Below are positions 54,701 to 63,108 of a stretch of DNA of 64,000 nt, piece after piece (position 1 is the stretch's first letter; the number at the start of each line of letters is the position of its first letter). Source of the stretch: Terriglobia bacterium (GTDB lineage Bacteria; Acidobacteriota; Terriglobia; UBA7540); contig JBEKNU010000002.1 in NCBI GenBank assembly GCA_049522495.1, positions 18,365 to 82,364 of the forward strand, written 5' to 3'. The notes below the pieces were generated by a model. It had not been told where the DNA came from. It ran no database searches and saw only the letters and a list, made by a program, of their open reading frames with translations. The position numbers were made by a program, and so were the translations under genes.

Positions 54701-56395
54701 GGGTCCTTTACCATAAACCCTGAAGTGAGGGAAGACTACCAGACCTTGTGGAATGAACTTAAGGCAGGTGAACGGTCACCCAGCGCGATCGTGCATCTAT
54801 GGTGTCATACCAGCAGGGATGAGAAGCTATCGATCGCCGATTCCTGCGAGCACTTCCGCAAAGTGGGATTTAACAGTTTGCTGTTTCTGGCTCAAGCCAT
54901 TGGCGAGCAACCTTCCGGGGAACCGGTGCAAATCAAAGTCATTTCCAACCACCTCCATGAGGTAACGGGCGAGGAGTTTTTGAATCCTGCTAAGGCCGTC
55001 CTTCTTGGTCCGTGTCGGGTCATCCCTCAGGAGCTTCCCAACATACAGTGCACGAACGTTGATATGGGAGACAGCCAGCCAGCAGACGAATACGCGCAGT
55101 TGCTTGTGAAAGAACTAACCGCCAAGACTACGGATGCAGTTGTCGCCTACCGAGGGACACACCGGTGGGTACAAACGTTTGAACGCATAAAGTTGGGCAG
55201 AATCGACCGTTCCAAATCCCCGTTAAGAGAAGGAGGCGTATATCTCATTACGGGTGGTCTCGGCGGAATGGGTCTGGTTTTGGCCGAGTATTTGGCTCAA
55301 TCGGTGCATGCAAAACTTGTTCTGATTTCACGGACCGGCCTGCCCGCCAGAGAAAAATGGCAACAATGGCTGGACACGCACGAGGAACAGGATGCTGTTA
55401 GCCGAAAGATTCGAAAGGTACAATTGATCGAGAAACAAGGAGCAAAAGTCCTAATTCTGAGGGCCGATGTAACCGACGCCAATCAGATGAAGGCGGCCAT
55501 TGAGCAAGCGCATGGTCAATTTGGAAAAATCCATGGAGTGATACACGCCGCAGGCATCGGCGATCCCGGCACCATCCTGGAGAAAAAACCTGAAGTGGCA
55601 GCAGGCGTTATGGCGCCGAAAGTGGAGGGAACTCTATTGCTCGGTCAACTGCTGCGTGAAAGCAGGTTGGATTTTTTCGTCCTCTGCTCCAGCCTCAGTG
55701 TACATGTGGGGGGAATAAAAAGAGTGGATTATTGCTCGGCGAATGCCTATTTGGATGCATACGCGCAGAGGTATCATAGAGAGAATAACGTCATCTCAAT
55801 AGATTGGGGTTTCTGGCAGGAAGTTGGTATGGCTGTCAACACTGAAGTGCCGTTGCGTCTCAAGGAGGAGAGAGAACGGGTTCTGCGGCTTGGAATGTCG
55901 CCCGACGAGGGAATAGAGGCATTTGGCAGGATTCTGGGGAGGCCCTATCCGCAAGTGATCGTCTCTCCGTCACAAGACCTTACCGCGTTGATGCCAAGAA
56001 GCGATATGGGCGGGGAATCGGGTGCTGTAGAACAGAAAACGGAGTCTCCTTTAGGCAAACCGACGCACGCACGTCCTGAACTGTCCAGTGACTATGTTGT
56101 TCCCGGAAATTCAACGGAGCAGACCATTGCCGATATCTGGCAGGAACTTCTTGGCATTGCCAACATCGGGATCCACGACAATTTCTTCGAATTAGGCGGA
56201 CATTCGTTGCTGGCACCAAGCCTCGTAGCCCGCTTGAAGAGCGTATTTCCCATCGAACTCTCCGTGGCAAGCCTGTTCGAAAACCCCACGGTCCATTCGC
56301 TCAGCGAGAAGGTACGGCAAGGAGGGCGGGATGGATCATCCTTCGACGAGAGCAGGAGCCGGGGACAGAAACGGAAGGAGCGCATTCGAGGATGA
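51773..56395 (+). CDS. type I polyketide synthase module: KS-AT-KR-CP
   Basis: ORF track. Start overlaps the NRPS stop (ATGAGTAA). KS: IAVIGMAGRFPDAPD, TACSTS (Cys codon 52319-52321), EAHGTATALGDP, NIGHLGAAAG. AT: GHSIGEY (Ser codon 53663-53665) and HAFHS (malonyl-type). KR: YLITGGLGGMGL, YCSANAYLD. Carrier: FFELGGHSLLA. No DH or ER motifs seen. Confidence 0.92.
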   Translation: MSKHQEADQLDRIAVIGMAGRFPDAPDLGQFWKHLCAGVESVTTLTDEQLASAGVEPEVIRAANYVKSNVLLEGIDLFDARFFGFTPREAELTDPQHRLFLECAWEALEDAGYDSDKTRLRIGVVAGVGTNSYFVYNLASNPALLKSLDEFMRSIAIEKDFLSTRISYKLNLRGPSLTVQTACSTSLVATHLACQSLLNGECDMALAGGVSVRIPQIAGYLHEPGSAMSPDGHCYAFDAAAQGMVNGSGAGVVVLKRIADAQADGDSIRAVIRGSAINNDGAAKIGYTAPSVEGQASVIAEAQALASVSADEISYVEAHGTATALGDPIEIAGLTKAFRRTSQRDGFCAIGSVKTNIGHLGAAAGVASLIKVVLALQNRKLPPSLNFKRPNPAIDFVHSPFYVQQTLSEWQPANGRRAAGVSSFGLGGTNAHAVLEEAPVTDPSGPSRPWQLLLLSAHTTSALDKMTRNLGEHLKNNPLSILADVAYTLQRGRKAFPHRRMLVCQSLEDAAAALQSLDPARISSHHQEPAHRDVAFMFPGQGAQYANMSLELYRAESEFQEQVDRCCELLKPHLSFDLRAILYPGDKEVESASQKLKQTLVAQPALFIIEYALAKLLMSWGIKPAALVGHSIGEYVAACLAGVFSLEDALALVAARGRLMQDLPQGSMLAVSVSEAEIAPLLNERLSLAAVNSPSLCVVSGETEAVKHLEEELSKRGVTCRHLHTSHAFHSRMMDPILGKFTREVEKADLHPPEIPILSTVTGTWTHSAELASPDYWARNLRQTVRFSKCVQELMKEPDRILLEVGPGNALGTLARQHPGGSGKRIVLTTIRHPHEQTSDIAFILNTLGRLWLANVEVDWSGFYKKERRHRIPLPTYPFERQRYWIEPSQEMPAMGVARRLSEKKPDIAEWFYVPSWKRAQLPDHSNGSGPSTHSLCALVFLDEGGFGANLVKLLQNSGQRVTVVKAGAKFNRISDGSFTINPEVREDYQTLWNELKAGERSPSAIVHLWCHTSRDEKLSIADSCEHFRKVGFNSLLFLAQAIGEQPSGEPVQIKVISNHLHEVTGEEFLNPAKAVLLGPCRVIPQELPNIQCTNVDMGDSQPADEYAQLLVKELTAKTTDAVVAYRGTHRWVQTFERIKLGRIDRSKSPLREGGVYLITGGLGGMGLVLAEYLAQSVHAKLVLISRTGLPAREKWQQWLDTHEEQDAVSRKIRKVQLIEKQGAKVLILRADVTDANQMKAAIEQAHGQFGKIHGVIHAAGIGDPGTILEKKPEVAAGVMAPKVEGTLLLGQLLRESRLDFFVLCSSLSVHVGGIKRVDYCSANAYLDAYAQRYHRENNVISIDWGFWQEVGMAVNTEVPLRLKEERERVLRLGMSPDEGIEAFGRILGRPYPQVIVSPSQDLTALMPRSDMGGESGAVEQKTESPLGKPTHARPELSSDYVVPGNSTEQTIADIWQELLGIANIGIHDNFFELGGHSLLAPSLVARLKSVFPIELSVASLFENPTVHSLSEKVRQGGRDGSSFDESRSRGQKRKERIRG

Positions 56396-59300
56396 CGCCG
56401 GGGGATGGGGTACAGCCCGTGAAGAAGCCAGAAACCTCTGATCGCTGGAGCGGTTCTGAGATAGCGATCATTGGTATGGCCGGCCGCTTTGCCGGTGCGC
56501 CGGACATTGAAGCGTTCTGGAATAATCTGCGGGATGGAGTGGAGTCCATCACCTTCTTCACCGATGAGCAATTGCTGGCCTCAGGGGTTGATCCCAAAGC
56601 CCTGCAGAGCAACCACTACGTCAAAGCAGGTTCCGTACTGGAGGGAGTCGAGCTCTTTGATGCCGCCTTCTTCGGATTCAATCCGCGAGGGGCCGCAGCG
56701 ATGGATCCGCAACATCGCCTTTTCCTGGAATGCGTGTGGGAGGCGATCGAAGCGGCCGGGTACGACCCGGAGCGCTACAAGGGCGCCATCAGTTTATTTG
56801 CCGGCGCAAGCATGAGCAGTTATTTTCTTAACAACCTTTATGCGAACCCGGACGCCTTTGACCTCGCCGAAATGTATCAGGGCTTTCTCTCCAACGCCCA
56901 AGATTCTTTGGCCACGCTCGTTGCCTATAAACTGAATTTGAAGGGAGCCTGTTACACCGTCGGGACCTTCTGTTCCACTTCCCTGGTGGCCGTCCATCTC
57001 GCCTGCCAGAGCTTGCTGAATTTTGAATGTGACATGGCCGTGGCCGGGGGCGTAAGGGTCGGCGTACCACAACATGCCGGCTACTGGTATCGAGAGGGCC
57101 TGATCGTTTCCCCGGATGGGCATTGCCGGCCCTTTGATGCCAAAGCGCAGGGAACGGTGTTCGGCAACGGGTTGGGGGCCGTGGTGCTGAAAAGGTTTAA
57201 AGACGCTTTAGCGGATGGCGATCGAATTGACGCGGTGATCCTCGGCTCGGCAACAAACAATGACGGTTCCCTGAAGGTGAGTTACACGGCGCCCAGCGTG
57301 ACCGGCCAGTCTGAGGTCATCGTAGAGGCGCTGGCTAATGCCGGGGTCCAGCCCGAGACAATCACCTACGTGGAGGCCCACGGGACCGGAACTGCCCTTG
57401 GGGATCCTACGGAAGTTGCTGCCCTTACCCATGCCTTTCGCAGTGGAACGCAGAAGAAGGGCTTCTGTGCCCTGGGTTCACTGAAGTCAAACATCGGACA
57501 CGTGGATGCGGCGGCCGGCGTGGCCGGTCTGATCAAAACCGTTCTCGCGCTCAAGCACCAGCAAATTCCTCCCACCCTGCATTTCCATGAGCCGAATCCC
57601 AGTATTGATTTTGCAAGCAGCCCGTTCTACGTCAATTCGACCCTTTCCGAATGGAAAAGCGATGGCCTCCCCCGACGCGCCGGCCTCAGCGCATTCGGCG
57701 TGGGAGGGACAAACGCCCACGTAATTCTCCAGGAGGCCCCTGTAGCTGAACCCTCGGGTCCGTCCCGGCCTTGCCAACTGCTTGTACTCTCCGCCAAGAC
57801 CCGATCCGCTCTGGAAACGGCCACAGGGAATTTGAGCAAGTTCTTTAAGAGCCACCCCGATCTGAACCTCCCGGATGCCGCCTACACCCTGCAGGTAGGT
57901 CGAAGAGCTTTCAACCACCGCAGGGTCATCGTCTGCCAGGATGTTGAGGATGCCTTGTCCGCGATTGCAGCGGCGGACTCGAAACCCCTGGCGACCGCCT
58001 ACCAGGATAAAAGGAATCCCCCTGTCACATTCATGTTTTCTGGACAGGGTGCACAATATGTGAGCATGGGGTCGGAGCTTTATAGGACCGAGTCAAGATT
58101 TCGCGCACAAATCGATCGCTGCGCGGAAATACTTCAGTCTCATCTTTCGCTCGATATACGGCAGATCCTATACGCGGACGCTGCCGGTGTCGAAGAGGCC
58201 GCGCGAAGGCTGGGCCAAACATCCATCACCCAACCCGCACTATTCATCGTGGAATACGCCCTGGCGCGATTGTGGATGGCATGGGGGGTGCATTCGACCG
58301 ATATGGTAGGGCACAGCATCGGAGAGTATGTTGCCGCCTGCCTTGCAGGAGTATTCTCCCTGGAAGACGCCTTGGCGCTAGTGGCCGCCAGGGGACGGCT
58401 CATGCAGAGTCTACCCGGTGGCAGTATGCTGGCGGTTCGGCTTCCGGAGGACGCGATTCGGTCGCTTATCGACAATGAACTTTCCCTGGCGGCGATCAAC
58501 AGCCCTTCCTTATGCACCGTTTCCGGCGCAGGCAAAGCTGTGGAAGATTTCAAAGGGCGGCTTTCCGAAAGGAATGTGGATTGCCGCCCCTTGCATACCT
58601 CCCACGCCTTTCATTCAAGTATGATGGACCCGGTTATAGATGCATTTGCTGACGAAGTGAAACGAACGCGAAGGAACCCTCCCCAAATTCCCTTCATTTC
58701 GAATGTCACCGGAACGTGGATTACTCCGGACGAAGCGGTGGCCCCCGAATACTGGGCGAGGCACCTTCGCCACACCGTCCGATTCTCCGACGGGGTTCGA
58801 GAATTGTTGAAGGAGCCAAACAGAGTTTTTCTGGAGGTGGGTCCCGGAAACACGCTCAGTACGCTGGTGAAACAACATCTGAACGGATCGGAACATAAGG
58901 TAGTACTTTCCTCGATCCGTCACCCCCATGAGCAAGATTTGGATGTTGCTTTTATTCTGAACACTCTCGGCCGGCTCTGGTTGACCGGGGTTGAGGTGGA
59001 TTGGTTCGGGTTCCATGAAAAGGAGAGACGCCATCGGGTCCTTCTGCCGACCTATCCCTTTGAGCGCCGGCGTTATTGGGTCGAGCCGGTAGATCCACCA
59101 CGAGGTTATCTTGCGGCACGCGCGGGCTTGATCCGAAAGCAAGAAAATCTGCCGCGCTCCGTCGAACCGGAGATGACGCAGGAGGAGCTGGCTCCCAGAG
59201 ATTCAGCGCTGCAAAGTGAGTACGTGGCTCCGCAAACCGACGTGGAGAAAAAGCTCGCAACCCTCTGGCGAGAGTCTTTCGGCATCGACAAAATTGGCAT

Positions 59301-60306
59301 CCATGACAATTTCTTCGATCTGGGTGGGGACTCAATTCTGGCTGTTCACATCTTCGTTCAAATCGAGAAGGTACTGAAAGTTAAGTTGCCCCTCGCCACG
59401 CTCCTCGGAGCTCCCACAATTGCGCAGCTCGCTCAGGTTCTCCGCCAGGAGGCCCCAACGTCCGGGTGGTCGCCGCTGGTGACAATTCAGCCCACAGGCT
59501 CGCGTCCTCCGTTCTTTTGTATTCATGGGGCTGGCGGTGGCGTCCTCATCTATCGAGACCTTTCGCGACACCTGGGCTCTGACCAACCGTTCTACGGTCT
59601 GCAAGCCCAGGGACAGGACGGGAGTTGCTTGCCCCTTACCAGAATCGAGGACATGGCTACCCTTTACGTCAAGGAGATTAAAAGGGTGCGGCCACACGGG
59701 CCGTATTTCCTCGGCGGATACTGCGGGGGCGGGACCATTGCCTATGAGGTGGCGCAGCAGCTCCAAGCGGAGGGAGAACAGATCGGCTTGTTGGCAATGT
59801 TCGACACGTCAAACTGGTGCAAAGTTCCCCGCCCTTCGATCTGGGATAGAACTTACCGCTCTGTGGAGACACTGATATTTCATGCGGCCAATTTCCTTTC
59901 TCTAGATTCCAAAGGGAAGGGCAAGTTCTTTTTGGAAAAGGCCAAGATCTTGCGCAGCCGGATCCCCGTGTGGCGAGGGATGCTGCTCGCCAAGTTCGAC
60001 AAGCACTCACGGATGCCCGGGTCAGAATCCCGCGTGTTAGGACAGATCTGGCAGGCGAATGACCGGGCAGGCTTGAATTACATCCCCAAGCCCTTTCCCG
60101 GCACGGTCACAGATTTTCGCCCCAAGAAGCAGTATCGGAGGCTCAACCATCCAAGTGTGAAATGGGATCAGTTGGCGGAAGGCGGGCAAGAGATTGTTGT
60201 TCTGCCCGTCTACCCCGGCGGCATGCTGGTCGAGCCTTTCGTCAGGGACTTGGCCGATGCCCTGAGAAGATCCATCGACAACGCGATTAACCATCGCCCA
60301 AGCTGA
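56392..60306 (+). CDS. type I polyketide synthase module: KS-AT-CP-TE (terminal)
   Basis: ORF track. ATGA overlap with the upstream stop. KS: IAIIGMAGRFAGAPD, TFCSTS, EAHGTGTALGDP, NIGHVDAAAG. AT: GHSIGEY, HAFHS. Carrier: FFDLGGDSILAVH. TE: PPFFCIHGAGGGVLIYRDL ... GPYFLGGYCGGGTIAYEVA. Confidence 0.92.
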   Translation: MTPGDGVQPVKKPETSDRWSGSEIAIIGMAGRFAGAPDIEAFWNNLRDGVESITFFTDEQLLASGVDPKALQSNHYVKAGSVLEGVELFDAAFFGFNPRGAAAMDPQHRLFLECVWEAIEAAGYDPERYKGAISLFAGASMSSYFLNNLYANPDAFDLAEMYQGFLSNAQDSLATLVAYKLNLKGACYTVGTFCSTSLVAVHLACQSLLNFECDMAVAGGVRVGVPQHAGYWYREGLIVSPDGHCRPFDAKAQGTVFGNGLGAVVLKRFKDALADGDRIDAVILGSATNNDGSLKVSYTAPSVTGQSEVIVEALANAGVQPETITYVEAHGTGTALGDPTEVAALTHAFRSGTQKKGFCALGSLKSNIGHVDAAAGVAGLIKTVLALKHQQIPPTLHFHEPNPSIDFASSPFYVNSTLSEWKSDGLPRRAGLSAFGVGGTNAHVILQEAPVAEPSGPSRPCQLLVLSAKTRSALETATGNLSKFFKSHPDLNLPDAAYTLQVGRRAFNHRRVIVCQDVEDALSAIAAADSKPLATAYQDKRNPPVTFMFSGQGAQYVSMGSELYRTESRFRAQIDRCAEILQSHLSLDIRQILYADAAGVEEAARRLGQTSITQPALFIVEYALARLWMAWGVHSTDMVGHSIGEYVAACLAGVFSLEDALALVAARGRLMQSLPGGSMLAVRLPEDAIRSLIDNELSLAAINSPSLCTVSGAGKAVEDFKGRLSERNVDCRPLHTSHAFHSSMMDPVIDAFADEVKRTRRNPPQIPFISNVTGTWITPDEAVAPEYWARHLRHTVRFSDGVRELLKEPNRVFLEVGPGNTLSTLVKQHLNGSEHKVVLSSIRHPHEQDLDVAFILNTLGRLWLTGVEVDWFGFHEKERRHRVLLPTYPFERRRYWVEPVDPPRGYLAARAGLIRKQENLPRSVEPEMTQEELAPRDSALQSEYVAPQTDVEKKLATLWRESFGIDKIGIHDNFFDLGGDSILAVHIFVQIEKVLKVKLPLATLLGAPTIAQLAQVLRQEAPTSGWSPLVTIQPTGSRPPFFCIHGAGGGVLIYRDLSRHLGSDQPFYGLQAQGQDGSCLPLTRIEDMATLYVKEIKRVRPHGPYFLGGYCGGGTIAYEVAQQLQAEGEQIGLLAMFDTSNWCKVPRPSIWDRTYRSVETLIFHAANFLSLDSKGKGKFFLEKAKILRSRIPVWRGMLLAKFDKHSRMPGSESRVLGQIWQANDRAGLNYIPKPFPGTVTDFRPKKQYRRLNHPSVKWDQLAEGGQEIVVLPVYPGGMLVEPFVRDLADALRRSIDNAINHRPS

Positions 60307-60576
60307 TTATTTTTCTCACAGCCGCTCCCTCATATTCATGTCCGTTGCCATGTGTCTGGCCTGAATATGCGGTTTCACGGGGCAAATTTTTGTCATGTCG
60401 GGAATAGAAGCCGCTGGAACTTTGTGGGCGCAAAGCATGTGAGATTCCCGTCTATCCTAGAGGTATGTTCGTCGAGCCCTCGTCCAGGCGTGGGCTTAGG
60501 AGCTCAGCGTGTGTTAAAGAGAAACCAAATAGGTTAAAGCCCGACATAGGGCCCACGCTGCAGAGAGGGAGGGATT

Positions 60577-61749
60577 ATGGAGCGCAAGAGGTTGCTGATT
60601 TTCGATACGTCGCTTCGTGACGGGGAGCAGGCGCCCGGATGCAGCATGAACATCGAAGAAAAGCTGTTGCTCGCCCGGAAACTGCAGCGCTTGGGAGTGG
60701 ATATCATCGAAGCTGGTTTTCCGGTTGCCTCACCCGGTGATGCTGAGGCGGTGCGGCTCATCGCCGGCGAGGTGGAAGGCCCGATCATTGCCGGGTTCGC
60801 CCGGTGCACCGAAAAGGACATTAAGGCGGCTTGGGAAGCGCTGAGCCATTCCCCGCGCCCGCGCATTCACACTTGTCTTTCGACTTCGGACATTCACCTG
60901 ACGTTCGACCTGAAAATCAGCCGGGACGAAGCGCTGCACAAAGCTGCAAGCATGGTGGCTTATGCGCGCTCGCTCTGCGCCGACGTCGAATTTTCCCCCC
61001 AGGACGCTACCCGCTCTGACCCAAGCTATTTGTGCGATGTACTGCAGGCCGTAGTGGAAGCCGGAGCATCCACGCTCAACATCTGCGACACGGTTGGCTA
61101 CACCACGCCTGCCGAATATGCGGAGCTGATCCGCGTCATTCGACAGCGCCTGCAGGGCGCGGAGCACGTCACCCTCTCGGTCCATTGCCACAACGATCTG
61201 GGCTTGGCGGTTGCCAATTCTCTGGCCGGCGTTGAGGCTGGCGCGCGGCAGGTCGAGTGCACCGTAAATGGCATAGGCGAGAGGGCCGGGAACGCCTCCC
61301 TGGAGGAGATCGCCATGGTGTTGCACGTTCGCCGTGAGCGCTATTCGGTCGAAACCGGCATTCGCCATGAGGAGATTTACTCAACCAGTTGCTTGCTAGC
61401 GAAGATCCTGGGGTTTGAACCTCAACCGAACAAGGCAATCGTGGGACGGAATGCCTTTGCGCACGAAGCCGGCATGCATCAACATGGCATCCTCAGCAAT
61501 CCGCTCTGCTACGAAATCATGACCCCGGAAACGGTGGGGGTACCACCGAACCGCATCGTGCTGGGCAAACACTCAGGCCGGTACGCGCTTGCCCATAAAC
61601 TCAAGGAAATGGGCTACGAACTTTCGGGTGACGAGCTTAACCGATTCTACCAGGAATTTGTCCGGCTCGCTGACTCCAAGAAGCACGTGTACGACCAGGA
61701 TCTACTGTCGATTCTCGCCGCACAGCGCGCTGAAATACCCGCTTCCTGA
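60577..61749 (+). CDS. 2-isopropylmalate synthase / homocitrate synthase family enzyme, short form without C-terminal regulatory domain
   Basis: ORF track. LIFDTSLRDGEQAPG, GVDIIEAGFPVASPGD, VHCHNDLGLAVANSLAGVEAGA, HEAGMHQHG. Ends at 390 aa, at the point where the LeuA allosteric domain begins in E. coli LeuA. Confidence 0.85.
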   Translation: MERKRLLIFDTSLRDGEQAPGCSMNIEEKLLLARKLQRLGVDIIEAGFPVASPGDAEAVRLIAGEVEGPIIAGFARCTEKDIKAAWEALSHSPRPRIHTCLSTSDIHLTFDLKISRDEALHKAASMVAYARSLCADVEFSPQDATRSDPSYLCDVLQAVVEAGASTLNICDTVGYTTPAEYAELIRVIRQRLQGAEHVTLSVHCHNDLGLAVANSLAGVEAGARQVECTVNGIGERAGNASLEEIAMVLHVRRERYSVETGIRHEEIYSTSCLLAKILGFEPQPNKAIVGRNAFAHEAGMHQHGILSNPLCYEIMTPETVGVPPNRIVLGKHSGRYALAHKLKEMGYELSGDELNRFYQEFVRLADSKKHVYDQDLLSILAAQRAEIPAS

Positions 61750-62241
61750 AGACCTCCGGCACCGCGCCATCGAAGCTCATCGAAAAGAAGCGATCGGGGT
61801 CGCCTTTCCCTGCGGCCTTTATGGGCCTTGCGTCCTCACCGCCGCTCACTGTCCTGCCGACATCGAACCCACCCCTGGGCAACGCCGTCTCCTCCGCCTC
61901 CAGCCTCACGACAACCTGCCTGAATGGAACTACAGCATCCGACCCAATCTCTGAACATATTCCGGCACCAATCCCACGTGACCGCGGCACTTCCATGCAC
62001 CGGAGATCTGCGGCATTGGGGCGCACTGAGAAAACCGGGCCGAGCAATGATACTTGCGCATGTCACCCTACGGCGTCGGGTATAATACTCACCTCCTGAT
62101 CAGACGCCGGCCGTCAGGCCGGAACCGCTGGAAGCCCTCGCGGAAAGGGAGGAGCACTTCTCGAAGCGCCAACGGTAAATTGGCTATGGGCCATGATTCA
62201 CCAAGGGAGTTGGGCACAAGCCCTGAAGAGGAGCGTCAAAC

Positions 62242-63108
62242 GTGCGGATCAGAAAGGCGGTCATCACAGCAGCGGGAGGGAATCAACGGGCGCTTCCGCT
62301 CCAGACCCTCATCCACGACGGAGCGGAAAAATCCGTTCTGACCATCCTGATCGAACAGGCCCTCACCGCCAATATTGGCGAGATCTGCGTCGTGGTCTGG
62401 CCTGGCGACGAAACCCGTTATGCGCAAGCCGCCGGAAATCTGGCCGGCGCGGTGCGATTCGTGCCCCAGCAGCAGCCACCGCGAGGATATGGCCACGCCA
62501 TTTACTGTACGCGCGAATTTGTGGCCGATGAACCCTTCCTGCACATGGTGGGAGATCACCTATACGTGAGTGAAACAAAGCCCGGGGTGCAGCGCCTAGT
62601 GGAGTTGGCTGAAATCGAGTCGTGCTCCGCCTCCGGGGTTCAGCCCACGCGCGAAAGCCTGCTCACCCGGTTTGGCGCCGTGGCGGGACGCCGCATGTCC
62701 GGCCGGCCCGGCGTTTATCGCGTGGAGACGGTCATCGAGAAACCTACACCTACTGAGGCCGAACAGCGCCTTATGGTGCCGGGAATCCGCGCGGGCTACT
62801 ACCTCTGTTTTTTTGGCATTCACGTTTTCACCCCCACGGTGATGGACCTCCTGGGGCGGATGCTGGCGAGCGACCCAAGCCGCACCCTCACGCTTTCCGC
62901 GGCTCTCGCCGAACTCGCCCGGCAGGAGCAGTACCTGGCGCTGGAAGACACTGGCCGGCGTTACGATCTTGGCGCTCGTTACGGATTGCTCACTGCGCAA
63001 CTGGCCCTGGCGCTTAACGGTCGCGACCGCGATGAGGTGCTTACGCACCTGCTGGAACTGCTGGCGGGGCGTGAGATGACCACTCCGTCTGCCGGGGGCA
63101 AGGGGTGA
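62242..63108 (+). CDS. sugar-1-phosphate nucleotidyltransferase, UTP-glucose-1-phosphate uridylyltransferase (GalU)-like
   Basis: ORF track (GTG start). [44 protein letters not shown] and IEKP resemble GalU blocks. The G-x-G-T-R loop is atypical (GGNQR). Confidence 0.65.
   Translation: MRIRKAVITAAGGNQRALPLQTLIHDGAEKSVLTILIEQALTANIGEICVVVWPGDETRYAQAAGNLAGAVRFVPQQQPPRGYGHAIYCTREFVADEPFLHMVGDHLYVSETKPGVQRLVELAEIESCSASGVQPTRESLLTRFGAVAGRRMSGRPGVYRVETVIEKPTPTEAEQRLMVPGIRAGYYLCFFGIHVFTPTVMDLLGRMLASDPSRTLTLSAALAELARQEQYLALEDTGRRYDLGARYGLLTAQLALALNGRDRDEVLTHLLELLAGREMTTPSAGGKG

Noticed and set aside
61750-62241. Perfect TATAAT (about 62078-62083) followed by the hairpin CCGGCC-GTCA-GGCCGG; considered as a promoter plus ncRNA or riboswitch upstream of the GalU-like gene
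   Set aside because: There is no convincing -35 at proper spacing and no recognisable riboswitch or ncRNA family by eye. Evidence is insufficient to call a feature.
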